Below are positions 45,143 through 55,936 of a stretch of 64,000 bases of DNA, in pieces. The notes below the pieces were generated by a model that made no database searches, had not been told where the DNA came from, and saw nothing but the letters and a program-made list of their open reading frames with translations. The stretch spans positions 1,036,690-1,100,689 of the forward strand of contig CAWCRS010000003.1 of the NCBI GenBank assembly GCA_963798085.1, written 5' to 3'. This stretch comes from an uncultured Gemmatimonadales bacterium (lineage in GTDB: Bacteria; Gemmatimonadota; Gemmatimonadetes; Longimicrobiales; RSA9). Each line of letters opens with the position of its first letter. Positions within the stretch are counted from its first letter, which is position 1. Made by a program: the position numbers and the translations under genes.

Positions 45143-47404
45143 TCATGGCTGCCGCTTCCGCTCCCAGTCGACGACCGCCTCCCAGCGCGGCTTCACCTCG
45201 GCGAGTAGCTGCCTGAAGCCGGGCTCGTCGCGCACATCGCCGAGCAGCGGGTCATGCTCCGCCAGGAACGGATAGTTGATGAAGCCGTGCTGAACAGCCT
45301 TCCTGGCCCAGTCAATGGCGTCGTCGCGCCGGTCGATGAGCGCGTAGGCTTCGGCCGTGAACATGGCGGCGAATTCGTTCTGGATCACGCCGTCGATTGC
45401 GGGAGCGAATGCCAGGGCGCGGTCACGGTCGCCTGCCAGAGCAAAGTGAAGGAACGCCGCTTCGCGTCCGAGCGGTGTGCCCGCCAGCGCCCCGGCGGTC
45501 CGCTGCAGGATGGTCGCGGCCTCGGTGCGCCGGCCGCTCGCGGCCAGCTGTACGCTCGCGACCAGCGGAACCATGGACGCCGGAGCGGCCAGCTCCAGCG
45601 CGCGGCGACAGCTCGCCACGCCTTCCTCGAAGCGACCGCCGGTCCAGTGCCAGGAACTGACCACGAGAGCCGAAATCGCCGTCAGCGGGTCGATCAGCGC
45701 GAGGCGCTCGACGAGGCGGCCGTGATGACGGAGGCCGGCGGTGTTCGAGAACCGGCTGAGCTCGGCGAGAATGTTGGCATCTCCCGGCCACAGCTCGTGT
45801 GCGAGGTACAGATCCGGGAGCGCCTCCTCCGGTCTTCCGCGCGATCCGGAAACGAGACCGCGCACGAAGATGGCGAGCGCATGCCGGGGATCGATCGCCA
45901 GCGCGCGGTCGACATGTTCCGAAGCCTGCGGAAGCCGGAGCGCGGCTGGCGCGAGGTTCATGTTCACCTCGTTCCAGTAGAGCTGCGCCTTCGTCGCCAG
46001 GAGGAGCGGTGTATTCCCGACGATGGCGAGCGCGTCGTCCACGAGCCGCAACCCCCGTTGCGATGCGTCCGGCGTCCAGGAATACATGGCGTGGCGTGCT
46101 CTCAGGTAGCAGTCGTAGGCCACGGGATTCTCAATGGGTCGCGCCGCGACCTGGCGATCCTCACTCTCGGTCAGCGTCATTCGGAGCGCGGCGACGACCT
46201 TCCGCGCAATCTCCTCCTGGATGCCGAAGATGTCTTCGGTGGTGCCGGAATACTTCTCGCTCCAGACCGGCTCGTCGCTGATCGCCTCGACGAGTTCGGC
46301 GGTGATGCGCAGTGCGTCACCGGCGCGCCGCACGGACCCCGTGACCACGTGGGTCGCACCGAGTTCCTTCGCGAGGGCGGGCGTGTTCTTCATCGTTCCC
46401 TTGAGCGTCATCGCCGAGTTGCGCGAAATGACACGCAGCGCTCGCAGCCTGGACAGGTCCGCGATGATCTCCTCGGTGAGGCCGTCGCTGAAGTACTCGT
46501 TGTCCGCGTCCTGGCTGCGGTTCACGAAGGGCAGCACCAGGATGATGGCGGGCTCGTCGGCCCTGGCGCCGGATTCGGCGCGCAGCGCCGTGGCGAATGC
46601 GCCGGCGCTCGGCGGCCGGTCGGCCGGCGCCTTGCTGAGTGCGCCTGCAAGCGCATTCGCGACCGCCCCGCTCACATTGCGTCGCACCGTCGTGATGGGC
46701 GGCGGCGTGTCGGTAATGTGACGGGCGATCACGGCCGCGGCATTGCGCGCAACGAAGGGCGGGTCGCCCGCCAGCATTTCGTAGGTCAGGCAGGCGAGTG
46801 CGTAGACGTCGCTGCGTGCATCGATCTCCAGCTCGCCCGCAGCCTGCTCCGGGCTCATGTACGCCGGGGTGCCGAGGGAAAGGCCGGTCTCGGTGAGCCG
46901 GTCGCCGCCGGCCGTCGATACCGCGACCGCGATGCCGAAGTCTGCCACGAGCGGGACGCCATCCTGGAAGAGGATGTTCTCCGGCTTGATGTCGCGGTGG
47001 ATGATCCCGCGCCGGTGCGCAAAATCGAGCGCGCCCGCGATGACCTTCGTGATCTCGAGCGCGTCGTCCACCGAGAGCTGGCCCTCGCGATCGAGCTTCC
47101 CGCGCAGCGTCTCGCCTTCCACGAACGGCATGACATAGAAGAGGAAGCCGTCCGCCGAACCTGAGTCGAAGAGTGGCAGGATGTGCGGGTGCTGCAGACT
47201 CGCGGTGGTCCTGATCTCCGCCACGAAACGCTCGGCGCCGAGCACGGCGGCGAGCTCGGGCCGCAGCACCTTGAGCGCGACGTTGCGGCCGTGCTTCAGG
47301 TCCTCGGCCAGATACACGGTCGCCATGCCGCCCCTTCCGAGCTCGCGCCCGATGCGGTAGCGGCCGGCAAGGGCCGTGTTGAGGCGGTCGATCATCCCCG
47401 TCAT
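45143..47404 (-). CDS. Ser/Thr protein kinase with TolB-N-like and TPR regions
   Basis: GRGGMATVY, VALK, HRDIKPEN, DFG, GTPAYMSPEQ; VLPFVNRS..YFSDGLTEEII. Confidence 0.94.
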   Translation of the reverse strand: MTGMIDRLNTALAGRYRIGRELGRGGMATVYLAEDLKHGRNVALKVLRPELAAVLGAERFVAEIRTTASLQHPHILPLFDSGSADGFLFYVMPFVEGETLRGKLDREGQLSVDDALEITKVIAGALDFAHRRGIIHRDIKPENILFQDGVPLVADFGIAVAVSTAGGDRLTETGLSLGTPAYMSPEQAAGELEIDARSDVYALACLTYEMLAGDPPFVARNAAAVIARHITDTPPPITTVRRNVSGAVANALAGALSKAPADRPPSAGAFATALRAESGARADEPAIILVLPFVNRSQDADNEYFSDGLTEEIIADLSRLRALRVISRNSAMTLKGTMKNTPALAKELGATHVVTGSVRRAGDALRITAELVEAISDEPVWSEKYSGTTEDIFGIQEEIARKVVAALRMTLTESEDRQVAARPIENPVAYDCYLRARHAMYSWTPDASQRGLRLVDDALAIVGNTPLLLATKAQLYWNEVNMNLAPAALRLPQASEHVDRALAIDPRHALAIFVRGLVSGSRGRPEEALPDLYLAHELWPGDANILAELSRFSNTAGLRHHGRLVERLALIDPLTAISALVVSSWHWTGGRFEEGVASCRRALELAAPASMVPLVASVQLAASGRRTEAATILQRTAGALAGTPLGREAAFLHFALAGDRDRALAFAPAIDGVIQNEFAAMFTAEAYALIDRRDDAIDWARKAVQHGFINYPFLAEHDPLLGDVRDEPGFRQLLAEVKPRWEAVVDWERKRQP

Positions 47405-47617
47405 TCGCCCTGCATGCTACCGTGCCCCCGCTGCCGCCGACATGGGGAGGCGCGAGAGCGGACGGATTTCCGGTTGCGGTCGACGCGAGAGCCTCAACGC
47501 CGGATTGCAGCAGTATCGGAATGCCGGTGGGTTGACGGCGGCATGACATCAGGCGCAGCGTGCGTCGGGCCGTGCATCGCGAGCGCGGTCAGGCGGGCTC
47601 GGCCCGGAGGCGAGGAT

Positions 47618-48025
47618 CTAGCGCGCCCGCACGGTGCGGACGTCTCGAACCTTCGTGCTGTCGGCGCGCCGTAATTCGCCGACCAGGCTGTCGCGATTCA
47701 CACGGAATCGCCAGACACCGCTCGGGATCGGACATCGGAGTTCCGCCGCCGCGGCTGTCCACTCGCACGCAAGAACGCCCATCGCCTCTTCCGTTCCACG
47801 CACGATCTTGCGGCCGTCCAGCGCGAGCGTCTGCCGGCCGTCCTCCCGCGTGATGTGGTAGACCACGACCTCGTCGTTGCAGGCGGAGGGACGCACGACG
47901 CACGTGGACGTCCCGCGCCACGTCCCCAGCGGCGCCGCCGCCTGCGACGCGGGCACGGGTGCCTGTGCTTTCGCCGTACGCGCGAACGTGCACACGAACA
48001 CGAGGACCGCAAGGTGAATCCTCAT
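47618..48025 (-). CDS. hypothetical secreted protein
   Basis: Signal peptide, GTWRGTSTC..SACNDEVVVY. Confidence 0.7.
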   Translation of the reverse strand: MRIHLAVLVFVCTFARTAKAQAPVPASQAAAPLGTWRGTSTCVVRPSACNDEVVVYHITREDGRQTLALDGRKIVRGTEEAMGVLACEWTAAAAELRCPIPSGVWRFRVNRDSLVGELRRADSTKVRDVRTVRAR

Positions 48026-48152
48026 CGCAGCAGACTCTCCAATGCGACTGACGCGCATTTGCAGTGCAGACGACGGTCAGCCGCCGGGCCGTCGTCGCTC
48101 AACGCCCGGTCTGACGGCGTGGCGGCTGGTGGTGGGCTCGAAGGGTACGCGC

Positions 48153-48467
48153 TCAGGATGCGGCCACGATCTGGCCCGCATGCGTTTCGAGAGCAAGGCG
48201 ATCCATGATGCCCACCTCCCGCATCCAGGCTCGATACCGCTGTGCGCCGGCCAGGCCGAGTGCTTCCGATTCCCACTCCGCCACCGCAACCGTCGTGGTA
48301 CCATCCGCACGCATCAGTCGATAGCGGACGAATCCGGGCTGGGCGCGAAAGACCGCCACACCATCGGTCTCGATCTGCTGAAGGATGCGCTCGGCCTCCG
48401 CCGAGTACAGGTCAATGCTCCAGCGGCCAATCGACACGCGCAGGTAGTGCGGACCGGCTTGCTCCAT
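48153..48467 (-). CDS. ABM-like (dimeric alpha/beta barrel) protein
   Basis: FRAQPGFVRY..AVAEWESE; GGAGG RBS. Confidence 0.7.
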   Translation of the reverse strand: MEQAGPHYLRVSIGRWSIDLYSAEAERILQQIETDGVAVFRAQPGFVRYRLMRADGTTTVAVAEWESEALGLAGAQRYRAWMREVGIMDRLALETHAGQIVAAS

Positions 48468-48599
48468 TTGCAGGCGCCTCCGTACGAATCTGACAACGCA
48501 GGGCAACGCGGCAGGACACTCGCCGGTGCAGCGCAACGCCGCAAGCTGCGCCTGACGCCAGAATGGGGACCACGCTTCAGATGCATTGATCGCGCAGTG

Positions 48600-49080
48600 C
48601 TACGACTCCCGACACGCATAGTTCACGGCTTCGGTGGCATCTCCTGATCCCTTGTACCTTGCCACGCCCGGATAGGGACAGAGAGGTCGCGAGCGATCCT
48701 CTCGCCCCTGCGACACATGCGTTGCCGGTATGCTTGCCGGCGCGATGCCCGCCTCCCGCCACTGCTCCAGTGCATTCAGGAACGCCAGGACGCTGGCGCC
48801 CGGGCCGGGCCCGCCGCCGCAGTGCCTGACGCCCGGCTCCATGAAGAGGCGATAGAAGTTGCGCACATCCGCCAGAGCCTCCGAGCGCGATCGGCCCGCC
48901 GCCATGAACTGCAACACGCTTTCGTAGTAATCGATGCTGTTGTAGGGCGAGATCAGCGGATCATTCCAGCCGTGGTACTGGATCAGCTTGCCGCCGCGGC
49001 GCCGGAATGCGGACAGATCGGGATTGATCGCGCTGAGGATCGGCGCGTGCAGCGTAGCTCGGAGAGCCGCGCTGCCCATG
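48600..49080 (-). pseudogene. C-terminal fragment of a tannase/feruloyl esterase
   Basis: NPDLSAFRRRGGKLIQYHGWND, YRLFMEPGVRHCGGG, RPLCPYP; N-terminal catalytic-Ser region absent. Confidence 0.8.
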
Positions 49081-49458
49081 AGCCTCCTTGAACGTCTCCG
49101 CACGGAGTACCGCGAGCGGAGACACGTCCTCGACGCATGCTTCACGAATTGCGAACGTCGGGTGGTGCTCCACTCGTGGCTTCCCTCGACCGGAATTGCA
49201 CAGCGACGTCAGTGGCTGGCCAACGCATGGAAGGTAAGCGGCAGGCTCGACCGGCGCCTGCACATTCATACGAACGACTACCAGCGCGAAAGGCATCAGG
49301 AATCCCAACGCTGATGTTGCGTCCTGGGCAGACTGTTCCACCGGCGGTTCGCGCCCTTGACCGCTCGTTCCGGACCCATACTTTGCAATGCAAAGTCGGC
49401 GGCGCCCGGTGAAGGCCGGGGCCGGGGGAGGTGAACGGCGCCAGGGCCGGAGGCGATC

Positions 49459-49935
49459 ATGCGGACATGGCTGCGACGTATTCGCGGTGCAATCGGGACG
49501 GGCTTCACCTGGGGAGCGGTCTGGTCCGTTATCGGCGGCATGCCGCGGTGGGTTCTCGGCATCAATACCGACGTCCCCATCCCTGTCGTCCTCGGCGTAT
49601 CCGGCTTCCTTGCTGGAGTCCTGTTCTCCACGTCCCTAACGCTGATCGAGCGCCGTCGCAGTTTTGAGCAAATGTCGCTTCCGCGCTTTGCGGTGTGGGG
49701 CGCGATCAGCGGCCTGCTGCTGGCGGGCGGGTTCGCCAGGGCCGCGTCCCTTGGCTGGGGAGACGTACGACTGATCGCCCCCACGTTCGCACTCGCTACC
49801 ATGGTCTGCGCCTCCGGTTCGCTCGCGTTGGCCAGGCGAGCAGTACAGCGAGAATTGCCCGACGCGCAGGGGAATGCCGGCGCGGCCGGGTTGACCGGGC
49901 AGGAGAAGCGGAGCCTGCGTCGAGGCGCCGACTGA
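49459..49935 (+). CDS. hypothetical membrane protein
   Basis: GGAGG RBS, about four hydrophobic helices. Confidence 0.75.
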   Translation: MRTWLRRIRGAIGTGFTWGAVWSVIGGMPRWVLGINTDVPIPVVLGVSGFLAGVLFSTSLTLIERRRSFEQMSLPRFAVWGAISGLLLAGGFARAASLGWGDVRLIAPTFALATMVCASGSLALARRAVQRELPDAQGNAGAAGLTGQEKRSLRRGAD

Positions 49936-49997
49936 CATCGTCGCCCGGCGCGGTCCGCAGCGCCGAGCTGTCGCTCATCCAGGCGTGAGGGCCAGCT

Positions 49998-50405
49998 CTA
50001 CTGAAACTTCACCTTTGCGATTTCCTCGTTCGGCGTGAACGCCTCACCGAAGTCCTCGACGTCCATCAGCTTGCGGATCTCGACCTCCGCCTCGCCGTTC
50101 GCGGAGAGGTTCGGCGCCCGCTTCACCCACTCGATCGCTTCTTCCAGCGACTTCACCTGAATGATCGTGAAGCCCGCAATCAGCTCTTTCGTCTCGGTGA
50201 ACGGCCCATCGACGACGGTGCGCTGGTCGCCGCTGAACTTGACGCGCGCACCCTTCGAGCTCGCAGCGAGGCCCTCGGCGCCGAGGAGGATGCCCGCCTT
50301 CACCAGCTCTTCGTTGTACTTCTGCATTGCGATGAACGCTTCCGGCTCCGGCAGCACGCCCGCCTCCGATTCCTTCGTTGCCTTGCCAATGATCATGAAG
50401 CGCAT
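49998..50405 (-). CDS. YciI/DGPF(A)ETKE family protein
   Basis: YNEELVKAG..VVDGPFTETKELIAGF..EEAIEWVKR. Confidence 0.92.
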   Translation of the reverse strand: MRFMIIGKATKESEAGVLPEPEAFIAMQKYNEELVKAGILLGAEGLAASSKGARVKFSGDQRTVVDGPFTETKELIAGFTIIQVKSLEEAIEWVKRAPNLSANGEAEVEIRKLMDVEDFGEAFTPNEEIAKVKFQ

Positions 50406-50737
50406 GGTTCTCTCCTGACTCCGGTTCGTGTCGGCGGCCGCGCCCTTCGCGGCCGCATCAGTACGTCGAACGAGGCCGGTCGAAATCGACACGAGCTGCC
50501 CGGCTCGAAGTCCTCAGGTCCATCGAACGCCGCCGGGTCCCGTTTGGCCGAATCGAGCCGAAGCACGATCGAAGTGCCGACCGGCACAGGGCAGCCGACG
50601 GAGCACCGGGGCTTCCACGCGAGCTTCGGCCTTCGAGTCTGACGCCGTGGTCCGGACGTACGCAGCCCGTGACAATGCTTGCGACACCCTCGGTGTGGCC
50701 ACGCGTGGGGGAACAGACTCACGAGGGCGGGTCACGG

Positions 50738-51550
50738 TCAGTCTACTGGCCGCACTCCGGCAGACTCGTCCGCCAGCCGTGCGCGCTCTGTGCTGTCGTA
50801 GGGCACGGCCGCGGTGTAGCCCCAGCCGAGGTAGCGCGCGACGGCTGCCTGGCACTCGGTCGCGCGCGCAGGCGGCGCGGCGGCGCCCACCAGACCGGGA
50901 AGCGTTGCGCGAGCGAAGGCCGCTGTCGCGCTCGGCTGATCGTCGACCCCGCCAATCGTCACGCGGCCCGCCACCGCCTCCTGCACGAGCCACTTCCGCC
51001 AACCGGCGAGCTCCCGCGTCCACCACAGGCCGGCAATCGCGCGGGCGAGCGCGAGCTGGAGCGAGTCGGTCGGGCCCGCACTGGCCGCCCTGCCCATGGC
51101 CTGCCGTGTCGTCGCGATCGCCTGCTCCAGGCCGAAGAAGTCGTAGCTTCCCGCCTCGAACAGCACCGCGCTGAAACCGCAGCGTGTCACCAGGCGCTCA
51201 ACGACGCGCGCCTTCACGCCGAACCCGCGCGCCTCGCCGTGCTCCGGCAACTCGCCGAGAACGACGACGCGCTTGCTGCACACCGCAGCGGCGACGCGCG
51301 CGGCCGCCTGTTCCTCGAGCTCGTCAGTGGCGGCCTGCACACCCAGGCTTCGCGCGACGCTGCCCATCGCAGGCGCGACGCGCTGCGCGCCGGCCGCGAC
51401 GCAGACAAGGGACAGACCTCCGAGCAGCAGTGCGCCGACCGCGAGCCGCAGACGCGAGCCGCGGGCGCAACGAACGACCGCCGCGACGACCAGCGCCGGG
51501 GCGAAAGACGGGTGGCGACTCGTGGTGCCGGCGACTGGTCGGCCACCCAC
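50738..51550 (-). pseudogene. erythromycin-esterase-like protein, C-terminally truncated
   Basis: VVVLGELPEHG..LVTRCGFSAVLFEAG..GGVDDQ resembles the EreA/B N-terminus; ORF ends early; start uncertain. Confidence 0.6.
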
Positions 51551-51620
51551 CGGGGAACCGCGTCGAAAGACATGTCCGGGAATCTGACGCGTGATCGCGC
51601 AGCAGCGGGAAGGCGCTGCT

Positions 51621-51998
51621 TCACGACACGACCCGCCGGGTGCGCAATGCCCGGACCGCCAGGATGATCGAAAACGCTCCGTTCACTCCGAGGAGATAGA
51701 GAGTCCATATGAACAGGAGGGCACCGCCAGTCTCGAGAAACTCGGGGCGCAACCCATGTCGCATGTGCAGAGGCAGCATTCCAGCGGCCATTACGCCGCC
51801 AAGCAGCATGATCACCTTGCCCAACAGCCGTGTTCGCAGCAGCACGGCCCCGCAGACGATCACGAGCAGGATCGCGACGCCGACCAAATGATTCAGCCCC
51901 GCGCGGTCGAACCCGAAGACAATGTCCTGCGAGATGTGCAGAGAGAGGAGCAGCACGGAGAGAATCGACGTCATGCTCCGAATATCGTTCTGCTTCAT
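51621..51998 (-). CDS. hypothetical membrane protein
   Basis: About four TM helices, SLHISQD and LPLHM His residues. Confidence 0.7.
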   Translation of the reverse strand: MKQNDIRSMTSILSVLLLSLHISQDIVFGFDRAGLNHLVGVAILLVIVCGAVLLRTRLLGKVIMLLGGVMAAGMLPLHMRHGLRPEFLETGGALLFIWTLYLLGVNGAFSIILAVRALRTRRVVS

Positions 51999-52396
51999 CG
52001 GTGTGATCCGTTCGAGTCCTGTGACATGCCGGAACCGCGAACCCCACGTCGAACCGTCCCTGACCACGCCTTCCCGGTTGGAGCCATCCACCAGACAGCT
52101 TCAGCGCAATTCAGGCTGATGCGTCCACCGGAAGTCAATTCGCACGTGAATCGCGGCGGTGCCACCCTTGTGGAGCACGGCACGCGTGCATGCACGCGTG
52201 AATGCCTGACCACGCGGTAATCAGGAACCCCTGCACGGAAATCTCCGCAGCAGCGCCCGCGGGGGTTCACCATGGACGACCGGGCACTTTCGGCTTCAGA
52301 ATGATGGACCTGAAGCAGCGACCCGCTTTCCTTCCCCGAATCGGGACTGAATCACAATCTGGCTTCCGCCGCGCTTTCCACCACCGATTCGCGAGG

Positions 52397-52927
<531 letters not shown>

Positions 52928-52998
52928 ACCCGATTCCTTTCCTCACGCGGCCCATCCGCGAGCTGACGCTGCGGTGCAAGGCAGTATCTTCCGTCCAA

Positions 52999-53023
52999 CG
53001 TTGGCTACAACGCCTTGTTAGAC
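52999..53023 (-). repeat. possible attC left half (R''-L'') remnant
   Basis: Minus strand GTCTAAC-AAGGC-GTTGTAGC-CAACG fits RYYYAAC + 5 nt + L'' geometry; no partner half found. Confidence 0.4.
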
Positions 53024-53094
53024 CGCATCTCGACGTCGCCTCTGCAGGAACCCTCTGCCTCAGAGGATGGCCGGCATTGCCTTCCTGATTCGTG

Positions 53095-53440
53095 CTACGT
53101 CGCCGACAGCCTGGCCGCGACAAAGTGATGGAGGTAGCTCTTCTGCCTTCCCGGTGTCAGCGCCTCGAAGGCGCGCTTGAAACGCGGGTCGCTTCGGAAC
53201 CCTGAAGCCCTGCATGATGACAATGTTCTTCCCGTCCACGTGCAGGTGGGCTTACCCCACTTGCACTCCTCCTTCATATGCAAGGCCCGCGAGCACCCGC
53301 CGCATAGCGGCGACCTCTGCTTCCCACCGCTCTCGATATGCCATTGCCATTCCAGCATCGCTTCCGGTAGCTCCGTCAGCTTCATCGCCCTCGCGCTCTC
53401 CCATGGCCATGTCCGCTCCGTGCACAACCCGCGGATCCAT
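53095..53440 (-). pseudogene. degraded YdeI/OmpD-associated family gene
   Basis: Fragments MDPRV..ERWEAEVAAMRRVLAGL, EECKWGKP and FKRAFEALTPGRQKSYLHHF in different frames; middle missing. Confidence 0.65.
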
Positions 53441-53746
53441 TGCCGATCGTGATCGGGTGTCAGGCCGTTCCCGATTTGCACCACGGGCTGCACGAAGAGC
53501 GGCCGCTCTCCTCGCGCGCGCGTCAGTGTTCCGCTCGCCGTCTGGCTGACGTGAGGCTGTGCTACGGCCGTTCAAGATCGATCGCGGCGGCCCCGCACGC
53601 CGCCACCGAAGCCAGGGGGTCAGCACGGGCGAACGGCAATACGCGCCCGTGGTACGCGCCAGCGCGGCGGCCGTCGGTGCTCGCGGTCGCCGCTGGGGTC
53701 GTGGGCCTGTCAGGGATTGGCCGCCTCGCCGGGCCTGCTTACCAGG

Positions 53747-54541
53747 TCATGAGAGATCTCTATTCCAGGCAAGGCGCGAGAAGAACCTGTCAATCTCCTG
53801 TGCAGTGCGGTCCGGCTCCTCGCGGTCGGCGAAGCCACCCTCCAGATTGCCGGGCCTCAGGAAGTTGTCGACATAGGCTTCGAGCACAGCGTCGTGCGCC
53901 TCTTTGCAATGCGCCCAGTGGCGCAGGAAATGGCCAATGAAGGCGCGACAACTCTCACGCGTCGCCCCCACGAGCGCCGGCGCCATCTCCGTCTGATTGA
54001 AGGACTGGTACCAGATCTCGGCCAGCCGATCGGGCGCACCCATGCGCGGCCCGATACCCGGATGGACGAAATCGAGAAAGAACAGGCCGACGAGCAGGTC
54101 CGGTACCTTGCGCGCCAGCCGCAGCATCGCGGCACCACCCACATCGTGCCCAACGATGCCGACGCGCTCGGCGCCGAGCGCTCGGAGGATCTCTATCACA
54201 TCGTCGGCATGGGCATCCGGTCCGAAAGGACCCCCGGGCTTCTCGCTCTCGCCAAAGCCGCGGAGATCGGGTGCGACGAGGGTGTAGCGATGGGCGAGCC
54301 GTTCCATCACCAGTTCCCAGGCCAGCCAGAACTCGGGCCATCCGTGCAGCAGGAGCAGCATCGGCCCGGTCCCGGTGCGCGCCACATGAAACGACGCGCC
54401 GTTCGCTTCGATGCTCAGAATGCTCAATCGCAGATCTCCGCTTGACCATCTCGGGCACACTCCTAATGTAAAGTCGAACTCAACGGCGGAGCCCGCGTCG
54501 GGCACGGATAGCCACGGTGCGATCGTCGTTTCGACGCTCAC
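53747..54541 (-). pseudogene. alpha/beta hydrolase (epoxide-hydrolase-like) with foreign VOC-like N-terminus and shortened C-terminus
   Basis: LLLHGWPE, APDLRGFGES, VGHDVGG; begins MSVETTIAPWLSVPDAGSAVEF; catalytic-His region apparently missing after GNLEGGF. Confidence 0.65.
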
Positions 54542-55077
54542 CAGCCGCTGCGCTCACGGAGCCTGCGAATGTGCGCCACATGATGCCTGCCATGCCACGC
54601 GCAGATCTCGACCAGCTCATCGACCGGGATCACGCCCCACAGGGGATGCTGCATGCAACGGCCGAATTGCTCGGACGTGAGCCGTGCCAGCAGATGGACA
54701 AATCGCGCGTGCAGCGCTTCGAGGATCGAGAGCGACGCGTCGATCGCCATTGTCAGCGCGTCCGGCAGCTCACCCCAGGTGACTTCGTCCCACAACTTCA
54801 CCGGTGGATTGCCTTCCGTGAGCGCGATTCGCGTTCGCACGTAGAGCACAATGTGCGCATCCGCGACATGATGCACCACCTGGCGCACGGTCCAGCCACC
54901 GGGGCGATACTGCGTGTCGAGCTGCGCATCGTCCAGCCCGGCCACGGCCTGCCGAACACTCGCCGGCAGCACCGCGATGTCGTCGATCGCCGCGTTGCGC
55001 GACGCGGTCGTATACCCGGTGCTCTGCTCGCGCCGCCCGATTGGATAGCGAAGCACCTCGAGCTCGGCGTCCGTCAT
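54538..55077 (-). CDS. YfiT/DinB family thiol S-transferase
   Basis: LRYPIG, YRPGGWTVRQVVHHVADAH, AWHGRHHVAHI. Confidence 0.9.
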   Translation of the reverse strand: MTDAELEVLRYPIGRREQSTGYTTASRNAAIDDIAVLPASVRQAVAGLDDAQLDTQYRPGGWTVRQVVHHVADAHIVLYVRTRIALTEGNPPVKLWDEVTWGELPDALTMAIDASLSILEALHARFVHLLARLTSEQFGRCMQHPLWGVIPVDELVEICAWHGRHHVAHIRRLRERSGW

Positions 55078-55178
55078 GGGATCGCCCTCATCACCCGGCC
55101 ATGGAGTGGCTGAACGCTTCGTTAACGATCGGCAATGTACGTCTTGCGTGCAGTGCACGCTTTGGGTACTGTCAAACA

Positions 55179-55880
55179 ATGGATGTCGATCGCTCCCCTG
55201 GGACAAACGTGGTGGAGATCGCGGCGGCGATCGGCACCGCGACGCGGGCGCGCATGCTCTACGGCCTGATCGATGGTCGCCCGCGCACGAGCACCGAGCT
55301 CGCGCTGATGGCCGACGTCACGCCATCGACGGCCAGCATTCATTTGCAGCTTCTGAAGGCGCGGCGGCTGGTGAGCGTGAGCGCGCACGGAAGGCAGCGC
55401 TACTATGCGTTGGCGGATGCCAATGTCGCGGCCGCGCTCGAGACGCTGAGCGTGCTGGCCGACCGATCACCCGTCAACACGTCGGCCGTGTCGAGCCCGT
55501 TGCGCAGCGCGCGAACCTGTTACGATCACATCGCGGGGGTCCTCGGCGTCACGCTGTACGATCGCTTCGTCGCGCTGGGCTGGTTCGCCGCCAGTGGCTC
55601 AAAGCGCCGGGGGGATGGCGATCTGACGACGAGCGGAGAGAAAGCGATGGCCGCATTGGGAATCGACGTCGAAGATCTGCGCGCCTGTCGCCGCCGGTTC
55701 GCGTACGGCTGTCTCGATTGGAGTGAGCGGCGGCCGCATCTCGGCGGAGCGCTCGGTGCGGCCCTGCTGGACTGTGCGCTGCGGCGGAAATGGGTCGTTC
55801 GCGAACGTCGCAGCCGTGGCCTGATCGTCACTGCGCACGGGCGTCGCGAAATGTTCGCGCGTTTTGGCGCGCAGGTCTGA
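55179..55880 (+). CDS. ArsR-family transcriptional regulator
   Basis: RARML..TELA..STASIHL HTH; ARTCYDHIAG and CLDWSERRPHLGG motifs. Confidence 0.9.
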   Translation: MDVDRSPGTNVVEIAAAIGTATRARMLYGLIDGRPRTSTELALMADVTPSTASIHLQLLKARRLVSVSAHGRQRYYALADANVAAALETLSVLADRSPVNTSAVSSPLRSARTCYDHIAGVLGVTLYDRFVALGWFAASGSKRRGDGDLTTSGEKAMAALGIDVEDLRACRRRFAYGCLDWSERRPHLGGALGAALLDCALRRKWVVRERRSRGLIVTAHGRREMFARFGAQV

Positions 55881-55936
55881 GGGGCAGCGCTCTCCCCCGT
55901 GGAGAGTCAGTGTCCACGAAACCGGGTCGACTCCAC

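Noticed and set aside
45254..47164. Long antisense ORFs (also 747-1775, 10593-11924, 11979-13475, 27762-29216, 37455-39059)
   Set aside because: Shadow ORFs of real genes, typical of high-GC codon bias.
48045..48120. Degenerate attC-like hairpin (GACGACGG..CCGTCGTC); similar weak case near 47490-47595
   Set aside because: The essential AAC/GTT pair is missing or incomplete; cannot be separated from ordinary GC hairpins by eye.
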